Positions 1 to 8,966 are shown, numbered from the stretch's first letter. The stretch is DNA of 64,000 nt from an uncultured virus (IMG/VR IMGVR_UViG_3300005253_000126) (IMGVR_UViG_3300005253_000126); one strand, 5' to 3'. Program-made: numbers and translations. Notes: generated from the sequence alone by a model not told the origin.

Positions 1-132
1 GACGAGTACGGTCCAGATGGTGTCGGATGCGATGAGCTTGACCTGGCCAAGGGTTATCTGGCCCTGGAGAACCAGCTCAGGACCCTCAAGCGAGTGCATG
101 GGGTCCTTGCGAGGATTGCGAGAAGGGTTTAA
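1..132 (+). CDS. 3' end of a probable plus-strand gene (truncated at window start)
   Basis: Frame +1 is open from 1 to TAA at 130-132 (DEYGPDG...LAKGYLALENQLRTLKRV...RV*) and converges on the minus-strand gene ending at 171. Confidence 0.5.
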   Translation, partial: DEYGPDGVGCDELDLAKGYLALENQLRTLKRVHGVLARIARRV

Positions 133-179
133 GGGTTCAAGGGTTAAAGGTTGAAAGGGTTGAAAGGGTTCTAACCCTT
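123..179. repeat. Tandem AAGGGTT heptamer array plus one inverted copy, between convergent genes
   Basis: AAGGGTT at 123, 131, 139, 155 and 164; variant AAAGGTT at 146; inverted AACCCTT at 173. Confidence 0.85.
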
Positions 180-458
180 GGGCCCGAAGAGCACGTGCTC
201 CTCCAGCGCGCGCCTGACCAGCTCCAGGGCCCCCAGGGATCTACGATGCCCCAGGACCTTCCCGATCCCCACGACCATGATCTGACCAGCTTCCCCCTTC
301 TTGAGCATGTGGTTGTGCTCCAGCACCCGGTACTGGTAGTCCCTGGAGCCCCCTGAGCGATCCTGGTCATCCACCTGGCAGATCTCCAGGGTGTGCGTGA
401 TGTCTTTGTCGAAAGGGTCTCCCCCCCTCAGGACCTCGATGGTCACTTTCATCGTCAT
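171..458 (-). CDS. hypothetical phage protein
   Basis: 95 aa ORF directly downstream of an AT-rich promoter-like repeat. Confidence 0.7.
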   Translation of the reverse strand: MTMKVTIEVLRGGDPFDKDITHTLEICQVDDQDRSGGSRDYQYRVLEHNHMLKKGEAGQIMVVGIGKVLGHRRSLGALELVRRALEEHVLFGPKG

Positions 459-459
459 T

Positions 460-516
460 TTATATACCTTGATATATATTTTTCACAGATTATATGCCTT
501 AGCATATATTTTTCAC
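460..516 (-). promoter_or_regulatory. Tandem 27-bp AT-rich direct repeat (30-bp period) with internal dyads; tandem promoter/operator
   Basis: TTATATACCTTGATATATATTTTTCAC versus TTATATGCCTTAGCATATATTTTTCAC (23/27 identical). The minus strand reads GTGAAA-16-TATAAT and GTGAAA-16-TATAAA. Confidence 0.7.
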
Positions 517-538
517 GACTCGTCATCGTTCTTCACGC

Positions 539-610
539 TCACCAGGGCCAGGATATGGCCGCCATCACCACCGCAGCCGCGAACATCACCAAGGGCCAGA
601 TATCGTTCAC
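539..610 (-). CDS. 23-aa membrane peptide
   Basis: GTG start overlaps the upstream stop; MNDIWPLVMFAAAVVMAAISWPW. Confidence 0.4.
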   Translation of the reverse strand: MNDIWPLVMFAAAVVMAAISWPW

Positions 611-789
611 AGTCCCATCTCGGCGTCAAACCTGTCCTCGTGCTCTTGCATCTTGACAACCCCTTTCCGCACGTCCTTAGCCTTTGGGGCAGGGGGTGGC
701 GCGCTCGGCGCTACCGACTGCCCTAATTTCTTCACTAGACCAGTCCCCCCTCGAAGACGGCCTTCAGTCAAAGGTTGATCATTTTTCAT
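607..789 (-). CDS. small hypothetical protein ending DAEMGL
   Basis: ATGA overlap with the upstream gene. Confidence 0.55.
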   Translation of the reverse strand: MKNDQPLTEGRLRGGTGLVKKLGQSVAPSAPPPAPKAKDVRKGVVKMQEHEDRFDAEMGL

Positions 790-920
790 GTGAACATCCC
801 GCAAGTGCTGAGCCCCAGGAGGAAGCCCAGAATCACAAAGATCAGCAACGTCGATCTGGGCACGTCGAACCGCTTCTCCATCCAGTGATAGATCTTGCTG
901 TCGTAGACGGGATCACTCAT
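786..920 (-). CDS. 44-aa membrane protein
   Basis: MSDPVYD...LLIFVILGFLLGLSTCGMFT; coupled by stop/start overlaps on both sides. Confidence 0.55.
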   Translation of the reverse strand: MSDPVYDSKIYHWMEKRFDVPRSTLLIFVILGFLLGLSTCGMFT

Positions 921-1111
921 CACAGCCCCATCTCGTCCCTGGCGTAAAAGTCGCCCGTGTTCCTGGATTCCTCATCGAGTATAGCTTTCAGGCGATCCTC
1001 CGGCACGTATTCAGAGATCAGCTCGACCAGCTTCTGGCGCTTCCTCCGATTCAACTCGGTAGGGCTCAGCATCCGCACCATGCGCGCTACCAGGTCAGGG
1101 TGTAGCATCAA
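920..1111 (-). CDS. small hypothetical protein ending RDEMGL
   Basis: 63 aa ORF in tightly packed operon. Confidence 0.65.
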   Translation of the reverse strand: MMLHPDLVARMVRMLSPTELNRRKRQKLVELISEYVPEDRLKAILDEESRNTGDFYARDEMGL

Positions 1112-1331
1112 CTCATATCCTCGTACTGGATGGCCAGGAGCTTCACGCCCCCTACCTGCTCGTATGCCTTGGCCATGCTCTGGGCCCTGGTGTCACTGAC
1201 ATCAACCTGCTTGAATGCCAACGTCATGCACCGGAACCACACGGCCACCACCTTGCCGTTCTTGTCGACCTCCACCTCCACGTGCTGAGTCTCGTGGCGC
1301 GTTCTACCGTGCCCATAGGTCTGTATGCCCA

Positions 1332-1601
1332 TCACCCACCTCTCATCGGAGCCCCGTTCTGCTCCATACAGTTCACCGCGATGCCTGCAACCTTGCGCAC
1401 TATGTCGAGCGTGTTCACCTCCGGCTTCGATTCGACCGTCCACTCAGCCCTGGCCTTGAGGATGTACTCCTCCAACAGCAGCACAAACTCGCCCACCGTT
1501 AGGTGATTCGGCTCACCTACGCCCCTGCCAGGCCATAGGTTATCCTGGTAGTCCCGCTCGCTGTCTATCGCCCTATACACCGCGTCTCTAGTAGCCATCA
1601 C
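1332..1601 (-). CDS. conserved phage protein, possibly MazG-like all-alpha family
   Basis: ERDYQD..W...NH...EF..LLEEY pattern resembles phage MazG-like proteins. Confidence 0.45.
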   Translation of the reverse strand: MMATRDAVYRAIDSERDYQDNLWPGRGVGEPNHLTVGEFVLLLEEYILKARAEWTVESKPEVNTLDIVRKVAGIAVNCMEQNGAPMRGG

Positions 1602-1865
1602 TCACCTCTCTTCAGCTTCATGTGTTTATCGGCATCGTCTGCCGTCTTTGACCCGTGTTGCTTCCGGATGCTCTCCAGAATCTCTCTATCAGCTCGGCGC
1701 TGCCTAGCGATAGCTCGCCACTCCTTGAACCTCCGCTTGAGCCAGTCGTATACTGGTTCAGCGAACGCGGCCACAGCGCCTATGGTCAGCACAGTGACGA
1801 ATACTAGAATGATAGGCAAATAGTCTCTCATTCCTGCTCTGTCAGTCCTTGCTTGATCGTCGCCA

Positions 1866-2075
1866 TCAGTAATTCGGATGCCTTCCACCGTCTCTGACGA
1901 AGTCAACCAGTCTCTGCCCTTGAGTCTTCCGCTTCCCTCGTATCAGGGCAATCCCGTGCATGTCGATTGCCCGCCCCTCGCTGAAGACGTGGTCATAGCC
2001 AGCCGCCAACATTCTGCCACGGATCTCGTCGAAGACCGCGGCACTCACCTCAAGCTCCACGTATGTGTGTGTCAT
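1866..2075 (-). CDS. hypothetical phage protein (MTHTYVELEVS...)
   Basis: ATG overlaps the terminase stop (ATGA). Confidence 0.65.
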   Translation of the reverse strand: MTHTYVELEVSAAVFDEIRGRMLAAGYDHVFSEGRAIDMHGIALIRGKRKTQGQRLVDFVRDGGRHPNY

Positions 2076-3919
2076 TCGTCTCGTTCCTTTGGGTCCTCTT
2101 TGGCTTTGTGTGCCTGGGCCAGGATGTCCTCTGGGATCTCGGTCGGTGCTATGCCAGCCTGCAACCACAGCTCGCGCCTCGTCGTGAGGCCAAAAACAAC
2201 GCCAGCCAGGGCATCCATCACGTCCTTGCTCCCATTCGGTCTGTGATCCACCTTACCCTTCTCGATGTTCTTCTCCAGCCCCCGCATCTCCTGCTGGCAT
2301 ACAGTGTGCGTCGGGGCCCAGATCCGGCCATCATACAAAGCAGATTTGACCATCGAATATGGACCCATTGTGCGATCCACGCTGATCTCGCCCGTGGTGA
2401 ACCCCCGCCTGCGCAGGATCTGCCTGGTGTCGACGCTTTGCCAGCTATCCAGGGTCACCCACTTCACGTTCATGCCCAGCTTATCTCGCAGAGTGTACAG
2501 TATATCTCGTGCCTTGGAAAAGGCGATTTCTGCCCCCGGCGCGGGCACGATTCGAAGCAGGCCGTCGATGGCTATCACCGGTAGCATCTCGTGAAAGCCC
2601 TCTACCCTGCGCACCCGCTTGAACCCCCGCACGTGGCCTATGGCGAAGCCCAGGGCGTCGGATACCAGCCCCAGGTCCATGTGCACGAACCGCGGAAGAT
2701 GCAGATGCTTGACGTTATTCACGTTAATGAACAGCTTCCTGTACTTAAAATCTACCTCCTCGTCCCTGAAGATCGAGCTGATACGGCCGAAGCACTTATT
2801 CGCCAGCTCCACGTTGAGCACAAACGGCCGGAGCGCTTGTGTACTGCAGCCCGCGATCTCCCTGGTGGCGTCCATGATGTCCTTGTCGAATTCGACCTCG
2901 AACTCGATGGGGATCTTCTTGACCATCCGCCGCTGGGTCTTCGGCACCTTTTCCTTGACCAGGAGCTTGCGAGGCTGGCTGTTCTCGTCGCCCGTGAACA
3001 GCCTGAAAGTCTCCCCGCTGAACCTGCCTGGGGGGCACACCTCCCATACGCACTTATCATACAGATAGCAGGCGCTCTTGCCCTTGTCCCGGATCTCCTC
3101 GTTGATCTCTTTCTCTTTGCGATCTGCAAAATCTCCCGGATATAATCTTGACCCCATAAGGCACAGGATGCCTGGCATCTTGCCCCCGGCCCGCACGAAC
3201 CGTGACATGCGCCTCCGGCTCATCACCGAGTAGTTAGCCAGAGCCTGGTCGTACTTACCTCCGAGCCCCTTCACCTTTTTCGACTTCTCCACTATGGCCA
3301 TTTGACATATTTCGTCAATCGCGCCGCCTATTACGTTGCGGCCGATCACCCCGCTGGTGGCCCCGGACACGTGCCTGACGATGATCCTCCGGGGGAACTT
3401 CATCACGCTCTCGATCTCTTTATCGAACGGAAAGATGTCCCGGAAGTATGGGGCCCGCTGGCACATTTCTCTGAAGCGCTCATAATCCACTTCCTTGGCA
3501 GCGGTAGCCGTGAGGTTCTGGAAGATGATCTCGATCTCCGATGCTGGGTCCAGGTCGAACAGCTCATGAGGGCTTTTGTAGCAGCTCAACAGATAGAGCT
3601 GGTACGCCTGCGTATACAAGGCCAAGGTGGTCTTTGCCGCCCCAATCCCGCCAGTCATCAGGGCTTCGGTATACTCCCCGCTGTTCAGCTCCAGGAAGTG
3701 TGGCTTTACCTTCTCCCAGAGCACGCCCCCCGCGTTCATGTAGGTAGGATTCTCGATGAACTCGATGGGGTCGATCACCTCCTGATTGTAGAGCCTGCGC
3801 TCAGGGACAGCCACCACATCCAGGACCCGCTCCATGATCCTATCGTCGATGCCCGCCTCGATCCGGAAAGCCTCAGCGTCCGCCAGATCCTCAGCCGTTA
3901 GCGGGCTCTGGCGTGACAT
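2072..3919 (-). CDS. terminase large subunit
   Basis: DPIEFIE N-terminus, Walker A-like GGIGAAKT, Walker B GGAIDE, RNase H-like nuclease motifs HMDLG, VTLDSWQS, DHRPNGSKDVMDAL. Confidence 0.93.
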   Translation of the reverse strand: MSRQSPLTAEDLADAEAFRIEAGIDDRIMERVLDVVAVPERRLYNQEVIDPIEFIENPTYMNAGGVLWEKVKPHFLELNSGEYTEALMTGGIGAAKTTLALYTQAYQLYLLSCYKSPHELFDLDPASEIEIIFQNLTATAAKEVDYERFREMCQRAPYFRDIFPFDKEIESVMKFPRRIIVRHVSGATSGVIGRNVIGGAIDEICQMAIVEKSKKVKGLGGKYDQALANYSVMSRRRMSRFVRAGGKMPGILCLMGSRLYPGDFADRKEKEINEEIRDKGKSACYLYDKCVWEVCPPGRFSGETFRLFTGDENSQPRKLLVKEKVPKTQRRMVKKIPIEFEVEFDKDIMDATREIAGCSTQALRPFVLNVELANKCFGRISSIFRDEEVDFKYRKLFINVNNVKHLHLPRFVHMDLGLVSDALGFAIGHVRGFKRVRRVEGFHEMLPVIAIDGLLRIVPAPGAEIAFSKARDILYTLRDKLGMNVKWVTLDSWQSVDTRQILRRRGFTTGEISVDRTMGPYSMVKSALYDGRIWAPTHTVCQQEMRGLEKNIEKGKVDHRPNGSKDVMDALAGVVFGLTTRRELWLQAGIAPTEIPEDILAQAHKAKEDPKERDE

Positions 3920-4523
3920 CTATCGCCTCCTCCCGTTCCTTGCGCCGCTTGACCATGAACTCCAGGAACTGGGCGGCCAGGCGCTCTATGCCAGCGTGGT
4001 CACTTATACGCTTGGCTGCCGTCTCATACTCCCCCTCCTCCGACGAATCGAAAACGAACTTCTCCGGCCATCCCTGGGCCTTGCCCACGATCTGCTGAGC
4101 CCGCTGGAGCATACTGTTCGCCTCGGGTAAGGGGATGTCGGTGGGGTCCTGCATTGCAATCCGCAGCCGTGCCTTACGCGCCATGATCAACCCGCCCTCC
4201 GCGAACTCGGCCCGGGTCTGTGCCTGATTCAGGCCCGTGAACTTGACCACCTTTTTCATGCCCATGTCGTCCTGGGCATCCCGCGCCATCTGCATTTGCT
4301 GCCGCCAGCCCTGCTTCTTGGCCCGCTCGTACAGGGTATTCAGGGGGATATTGCACATCTTGGCCGCAGTCTTCAGCGTCACCTCGGGCTCGTCGTCAGC
4401 CCGGTTGAGGTTAGCCAGCATGTACCACTGCCTGGCCGCGGTCCAGTTATGCTTCTCGGTCTTGCCCAAGGCCTGAGGCCTGCGCACTATGCTCTTGCCT
4501 TTCTTGTTTTTCTTCTTTGCCAC
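3891..4523 (-). CDS. terminase small subunit (putative)
   Basis: N-terminal HTH (VTLKTAAKMCNIPLNTLYERAKKQGW), helical body, directly upstream of terL. Confidence 0.75.
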   Translation of the reverse strand: MAKKKNKKGKSIVRRPQALGKTEKHNWTAARQWYMLANLNRADDEPEVTLKTAAKMCNIPLNTLYERAKKQGWRQQMQMARDAQDDMGMKKVVKFTGLNQAQTRAEFAEGGLIMARKARLRIAMQDPTDIPLPEANSMLQRAQQIVGKAQGWPEKFVFDSSEEGEYETAAKRISDHAGIERLAAQFLEFMVKRRKEREEAIDVTPEPANG

Positions 4524-4564
4524 GAGGCCCCCAGGAGGTGCTTGTATGGTGTGTGTCGGGTGAG

Positions 4565-4593
4565 AAGTTACTGCTGACGGCCCCTCAGGTCAA
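4565..4593 (-). promoter_or_regulatory. sigma70-like promoter for the terminase genes
   Basis: TTGACC-17 bp-TAACTT upstream of terS. Confidence 0.55.
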
Positions 4594-4919
4594 CCCCCCG
4601 TTATTCTGTCCAGAGCACGCTCCTCAGAGGCCTTGCTAGAAAATTCCAGGGCCCTGGCATGCAGATGGGCTGCGACCATCATACCCATGGCCATGGCCGA
4701 GATCCTGTGGTATCGGTTAAGCCCGAAGGTGATGGGCCTCCAGCATCCGATGCCCTTGTTGATGTGCGGGCCGCGCATGACGCACTGGTGGGCCTTCCTC
4801 GCCATAGCGGCGTGCCATATCGCTTCGGTCTTCCTCATCTTCAATGCCCCAGGCCCGTGGTAATCGAGGACCACCAGGTCACCATTGAGGATCTTCACCA
4901 CCGTGTAGTGTCCGTCATT
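4590..4919 (-). CDS. hypothetical protein (start uncertain)
   Basis: ORF in packed minus-strand operon. Confidence 0.45.
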   Translation of the reverse strand, partial: NDGHYTVVKILNGDLVVLDYHGPGALKMRKTEAIWHAAMARKAHQCVMRGPHINKGIGCWRPITFGLNRYHRISAMAMGMMVAAHLHARALEFSSKASEERALDRITGG

Positions 4920-5131
4920 CATTCCTTTTCCCAGGCCACCATCAATATCCCCCAGCGGCGACAAAACCGCTCAGCCCCCGCGCGATCAGTCAGCCGCTTG
5001 AACGACCGAGGGAACCGCTGCCGTGACCCCGCGTAGTAATAGTCCACCATCCAGTGAATCGAGTATTCCCCAGGATACGACGCCGCCCGCACACTGTGCT
5101 CGTAGGATCGCCCTCCACTATGTCTACCCAT
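4919..5131 (-). CDS. hypothetical protein
   Basis: 70 aa ORF, packed operon. Confidence 0.55.
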   Translation of the reverse strand: MGRHSGGRSYEHSVRAASYPGEYSIHWMVDYYYAGSRQRFPRSFKRLTDRAGAERFCRRWGILMVAWEKE

Positions 5132-5506
5132 TCATACCCCCAGCAGAGCTTCCAGCTCCATCTCCTGGCGTCGGTGCTCCTCAGCCGCCGTCACCCTATA
5201 CAGCGGGGTACGCCTGGCATGGGACTTTTCCGTCTGCATCGCCACCCAGCGCCCCGTGGGCTCCAGCAGCCTCTTCCTGATCGCGTCGTTGATCATCACG
5301 CCCCACACGTTATGGTGGCTGGGCTCGTTCATCAGGAAACGAATGTGCATCCGTATGTCCTCTCCGGTCCATTCCCTGCTCGGGTCCAACTCCTCCACGA
5401 GGTTGAGCGCAAAAGCCAGCCACTTGCGGTTCTTGATTCGTATCCTCTCCAGCATCTCGTTGCGGAGATTAGCGCCCCTATTCTCCGGATGTGATGCGGA
5501 GGTCAC
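5132..5506 (-). CDS. hypothetical protein, possible winged-helix
   Basis: WTGEDIR...NVWG...SHARRTPLY pattern common in phage proteins. Confidence 0.6.
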   Translation of the reverse strand: MTSASHPENRGANLRNEMLERIRIKNRKWLAFALNLVEELDPSREWTGEDIRMHIRFLMNEPSHHNVWGVMINDAIRKRLLEPTGRWVAMQTEKSHARRTPLYRVTAAEEHRRQEMELEALLGV

Positions 5507-5853
5507 CTACTTACCCTTATCCCTACCCACCACCTGAATCTTTTCCAGGTCCACCGCTCGCGCAACAAGGTGCACTTCACGGCCATGGTCTTCCCCTCGG
5601 GGTACGCCGGGCTATCCGCCTTGTATTCCCATTTGTGATTCCAGGCATTACCCGTGATGAACCTGAACACGTTCCCCGGCCGCAAATCTTTGAACGGAAG
5701 TTCGTACCACTTACCACCCACCTTTATCTCGATCATCCTGGTCATTTCTTCCTTCGCTCGGCTCTTCTCAAACCGAGGCTCATGGTTACCCCAGTACCCC
5801 AGGCCGATGCCGATGATCATGGTGAGCCAGGCAGGCTCCTGTTTCATTGGCAT
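5503..5853 (-). CDS. hypothetical protein
   Basis: ORF with overlap coupling. Confidence 0.5.
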   Translation of the reverse strand: MPMKQEPAWLTMIIGIGLGYWGNHEPRFEKSRAKEEMTRMIEIKVGGKWYELPFKDLRPGNVFRFITGNAWNHKWEYKADSPAYPEGKTMAVKCTLLRERWTWKRFRWWVGIRVSR

Positions 5854-5975
5854 ATCAGTTCCTCATTTGAACCAGTTAAGAATTTTTCTTGGCAACCAGC
5901 TCTCAGCGTTCAAAAGAATACAGACGACTGCTAAGGCTGCGACGATCATAAAAAGCGGAAGGTAGTCGTAAAACA

Positions 5976-6164
5976 TTACGATGGGCTCTCTACTGTTCTA
6001 ACCAATCTTATGCCCTCGCGGCTGTCATAGTGAAACCACTCGCGCAGCGGTATCTTGGGCGGGTTGTACATCCACCTGCGGATCATTGAGTCCATCCACG
6101 ATGGGCGCTCGATACCGCTATCCAAGAACGGATGGACGGGGTCGAGCTGATACCTAGGTCTCAT
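5976..6164 (-). CDS. hypothetical protein
   Basis: ATGA-coupled ORF. Confidence 0.5.
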   Translation of the reverse strand: MRPRYQLDPVHPFLDSGIERPSWMDSMIRRWMYNPPKIPLREWFHYDSREGIRLVRTVESPS

Positions 6165-6364
6165 TTCTTCCTAGTGGTGAGCACATCCCAGGCCGTTCTA
6201 AGATGCCGCACTGTTGGATGAAACTTATCGGCCTCGACCGGGTATAGCCCCTCCCCATGGTCATGTTGTGAATGAGTCGTGAAGCTCCCGCAGTACCACC
6301 GCGCGAACGGCCGCAGGGCCCGCTCCAGTAGCATGACTCTCTTCTGCAGATCAGTCTTACTCAC
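6161..6364 (-). CDS. hypothetical protein
   Basis: Coupled ORF; LERALRPFA motif typical of small phage proteins. Confidence 0.55.
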   Translation of the reverse strand: MSKTDLQKRVMLLERALRPFARWYCGSFTTHSQHDHGEGLYPVEADKFHPTVRHLRTAWDVLTTRKK

Positions 6365-6615
6365 AGCTTACCCCCGCAATGCGGGCAAAAAGTGGAACGC
6401 ATCTGTGGGGGGGCCTGCATCACGTGACAAGCCGTGCCATTCCCCAGGCCCACATAGAAGTATGGGCCCGTCACGAGATCACCCGACGACAGGTCGTAAG
6501 CCATGTCATCCAGGCCGAGGTTATCTTGCAGCTCCTCTGCCTTATTGACCGGCGCGTGCCACAGGACCGCAACCGGAAACACAAACCCTTCAGGAACGTC
6601 AACTATGCGTATCAT
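6361..6615 (-). CDS. small protein with C-terminal Zn-ribbon-like end (FCPHCGGKL)
   Basis: CxxC at C-terminus. Confidence 0.55.
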   Translation of the reverse strand: MIRIVDVPEGFVFPVAVLWHAPVNKAEELQDNLGLDDMAYDLSSGDLVTGPYFYVGLGNGTACHVMQAPPQMRSTFCPHCGGKL

Positions 6616-6781
6616 GATCTGATCTTCCTCAGCCGTCTCCGTCTCTGCTCTTTACAACACTCACACCACCAGCTCACGATCACCCAGTGCCCCAGTCTGG
6701 CCAGCCACGACCATGAGGCCTTCCGGTCCATGTGCACAGCGATTGAATGGGCCTCCCCAAACATCTTCTTCATCTTTGGCG

Positions 6782-7258
6782 TTAGTGTCGCCATACGCAC
6801 CACCCAAAAAATGCGGATCTGTGATTGATATTATTCTCGAACGCCGCGCCCGAGGCCCACAGCAGATGATGGACATACTCGTGCTTCAGCACATTCTCAT
6901 CGCTCTTGCAGTCTCTCACCCTGATCTCCTCGTTTGTGTTGACGTAGAGCCGTTGTGTGCCCAGGCTGTAGGTCCCCGCGCTGCCACCCATCCCGTTCTC
7001 TGAGAAGTTTAGAAAGGCCACCGTCGGGCCTGTCGGAGTCTCCATCTCCATACACCACGCAACCTCCTGATAGAACGTCTCAATCCTCCAGAAGTCCACA
7101 TACATATTCTCTGATGGCTCCAATACCAGACCACTCGCCGCCACCATTGTAGTCGCTGAGCTATAGCGATCCTTGCAGTGTGAATTCTCGGGCGTAGTTC
7201 CACAGCCACCCAGAATGAGAGTTGAGAGGAGAAAGGTAATAGCTGCCGCATGTCTCAC
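6782..7258 (-). CDS. lipoprotein with HExxH zincin motif
   Basis: Signal peptide with lipobox LGGC; VLKHEYVHHLL. Confidence 0.7.
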   Translation of the reverse strand: MRHAAAITFLLSTLILGGCGTTPENSHCKDRYSSATTMVAASGLVLEPSENMYVDFWRIETFYQEVAWCMEMETPTGPTVAFLNFSENGMGGSAGTYSLGTQRLYVNTNEEIRVRDCKSDENVLKHEYVHHLLWASGAAFENNINHRSAFFGWCVWRH

Positions 7259-7575
7259 GCCCCCTCCCTTTGCTTCTTGATCTGACCATGATCATCCGGA
7301 TACCAGTCTGAGGACGGCGTCACCTGTTTCTCGGTCTTGCCCTCTGTGGCCATCGCCCTCTCTTTCACGTTGATCGGCTCATGCCACGGCCCCCACTCCT
7401 GGCTCCTGATCTGGCCGCAGATGCAGCATGTCTGTATATCTTCCCGCGCCATCATAGACCCAGGGGGTAGCTTGCTTTTCTGGTTGGTCACTATCGAATG
7501 TTTACATCCCATCACGTGCCTCTTTGATCTGTTGAGGTAGCTGCACTCATCGTAGTTATACGTGTCGCTGTCCAT
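7255..7575 (-). CDS. hypothetical protein (start uncertain)
   Basis: ORF with CCICG. Confidence 0.45.
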   Translation of the reverse strand: MDSDTYNYDECSYLNRSKRHVMGCKHSIVTNQKSKLPPGSMMAREDIQTCCICGQIRSQEWGPWHEPINVKERAMATEGKTEKQVTPSSDWYPDDHGQIKKQREGA

Positions 7576-7603
7576 AGTGTAGCCCAGATTCTAGCGTTTG
7601 CAA
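7576..7603 (-). promoter_or_regulatory. sigma70-like promoter
   Basis: TTGCAA-16 bp-TACACT in intergenic gap. Confidence 0.45.
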
Positions 7604-7607
7604 GTAT

Positions 7608-7835
7608 TCACGTATCTTCTCGGTAGTCCATTCCACAGCACACCTTGATCTTCCTCGCTTGAGTAGCAAGGATCTCTTCACCATCATTCGTCAATAGCCC
7701 AGGATGATCCTTGTACCAGCACAGGATTGCCCACTCCAGCGTGCTAATTCTTTCTAGCAGCTCACGCGTCTGCTTGACGGTCAACCTCTTCACCGACGGA
7801 TCTCTATACCTGCATGTGATGTCGTGCTCAGCCAA
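7608..7835 (-). CDS. hypothetical protein
   Basis: 75 aa ORF. Confidence 0.55.
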   Translation of the reverse strand: MAEHDITCRYRDPSVKRLTVKQTRELLERISTLEWAILCWYKDHPGLLTNDGEEILATQARKIKVCCGMDYREDT

Positions 7836-8313
7836 CCTCTAAGGCCCCCATAGTTCCCAACCGGCATCTGCCAGTTATGTCGGGCGTGAATATGCTCTCC
7901 CAGCAGTCGATGAACGCCTGGGTGCCGCGCAACGCGGGGGCACACACTCCCAAAGACATCGCCCCAAACGTGCCATTCAATTCCACCGGCTCCAACTTGA
8001 AACATAGGGTATCCCCCTCACTAGACAGAAGGTCCACGGTCAAGTCAAAGTCTACCGTTTCAACCACGTCAAGGGCTGTAAGAACAAACATATTCCCGAA
8101 GTCCGTGGCGTGTCCAAACCACACACGTAATCCTGCTATCTCTCTAGCAGGATTGGTCCACGCATAGGTTATGGTAATGTCAGACTCAATCGGAGGCGGA
8201 TCAATCTCTGTTTGCGGAACACTTCCGCCACCGCCGCCACCGCCGCCGCCACTTCCAAGAATAGCGAGTACACCGAGAGTGAAAACCAACACAATCATTG
8301 CAAGCCGATTCAT
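7828..8313 (-). CDS. secreted/membrane-anchored protein with poly-Gly linker and FN3-like beta domain
   Basis: Hydrophobic N-terminus, GSGGGGGGGGGS, ITYAWTNP...IAGLRVWFG pattern. Confidence 0.6.
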   Translation of the reverse strand: MNRLAMIVLVFTLGVLAILGSGGGGGGGGGSVPQTEIDPPPIESDITITYAWTNPAREIAGLRVWFGHATDFGNMFVLTALDVVETVDFDLTVDLLSSEGDTLCFKLEPVELNGTFGAMSLGVCAPALRGTQAFIDCWESIFTPDITGRCRLGTMGALEVG

Positions 8314-8487
8314 TGAAGCTCCCACCACACAGAGTGGACAACACTCGCAACAAGAAACCCGACACCTACCCCCTGCACACTAATTACAACCACGAATAAG
8401 CAGAAAATAAAGGCATGCTTGATTTTATTCACGGTCAGCAAAAATTCACCCGGCTCCCGGTATTGGCATGCAATATCATGAGAGCGT

Positions 8488-8769
8488 CTACCTGGCATAG
8501 GGACCTCCGTACTCTGACTGGTCTATGATCGGCAGCAGCTCGACATCGTGCTCCGACACCCTGGTGATAAATAACCTCACCCCGCAACTCGGGCATGGAT
8601 CAGTCCTCAGCGTCAAGCCATTCCAGCTATGGGTCACGGTCAGGATCTTCCCCTCGGGTATCGCCATGTGATGGCTTCGACCGTCGACAAAGCGACCATG
8701 GCTTAACGCCCTCAGGGCTCGCACCCTCCGGCCTATCCAGTCACGCTTGAGTTTAGGCTTTTTCATCAC
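8488..8769 (-). CDS. hypothetical protein with CxxC
   Basis: 93 aa ORF, PCPSCG. Confidence 0.6.
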   Translation of the reverse strand: MMKKPKLKRDWIGRRVRALRALSHGRFVDGRSHHMAIPEGKILTVTHSWNGLTLRTDPCPSCGVRLFITRVSEHDVELLPIIDQSEYGGPYAR

Positions 8770-8966
8770 ATCCCGTCCAGATTGCCGTCGATGCGCTTAG
8801 CCTCGGCATCAGTTATCCTCAACACATTCAGGATCAAACACCTCTCCTCACTATCAATAGCCTGGCTCTCTTCCAGCCATTCGACCGGGGTCTTGCTCGT
8901 CACCTCATGGGCATACAGCGGATTCTCGCCTGAGCGGACAGCCATATAAGTGATCAGTCTTTTCAT
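8766..8966 (-). CDS. hypothetical protein
   Basis: Coupled ORF. Confidence 0.55.
   Translation of the reverse strand: MKRLITYMAVRSGENPLYAHEVTSKTPVEWLEESQAIDSEERCLILNVLRITDAEAKRIDGNLDGM

Noticed and set aside
123..179. Eukaryotic telomere repeat or CRISPR array
   Set aside because: Unit is an irregular AAGGGTT rather than TTAGGG, is internal, and has no spacers
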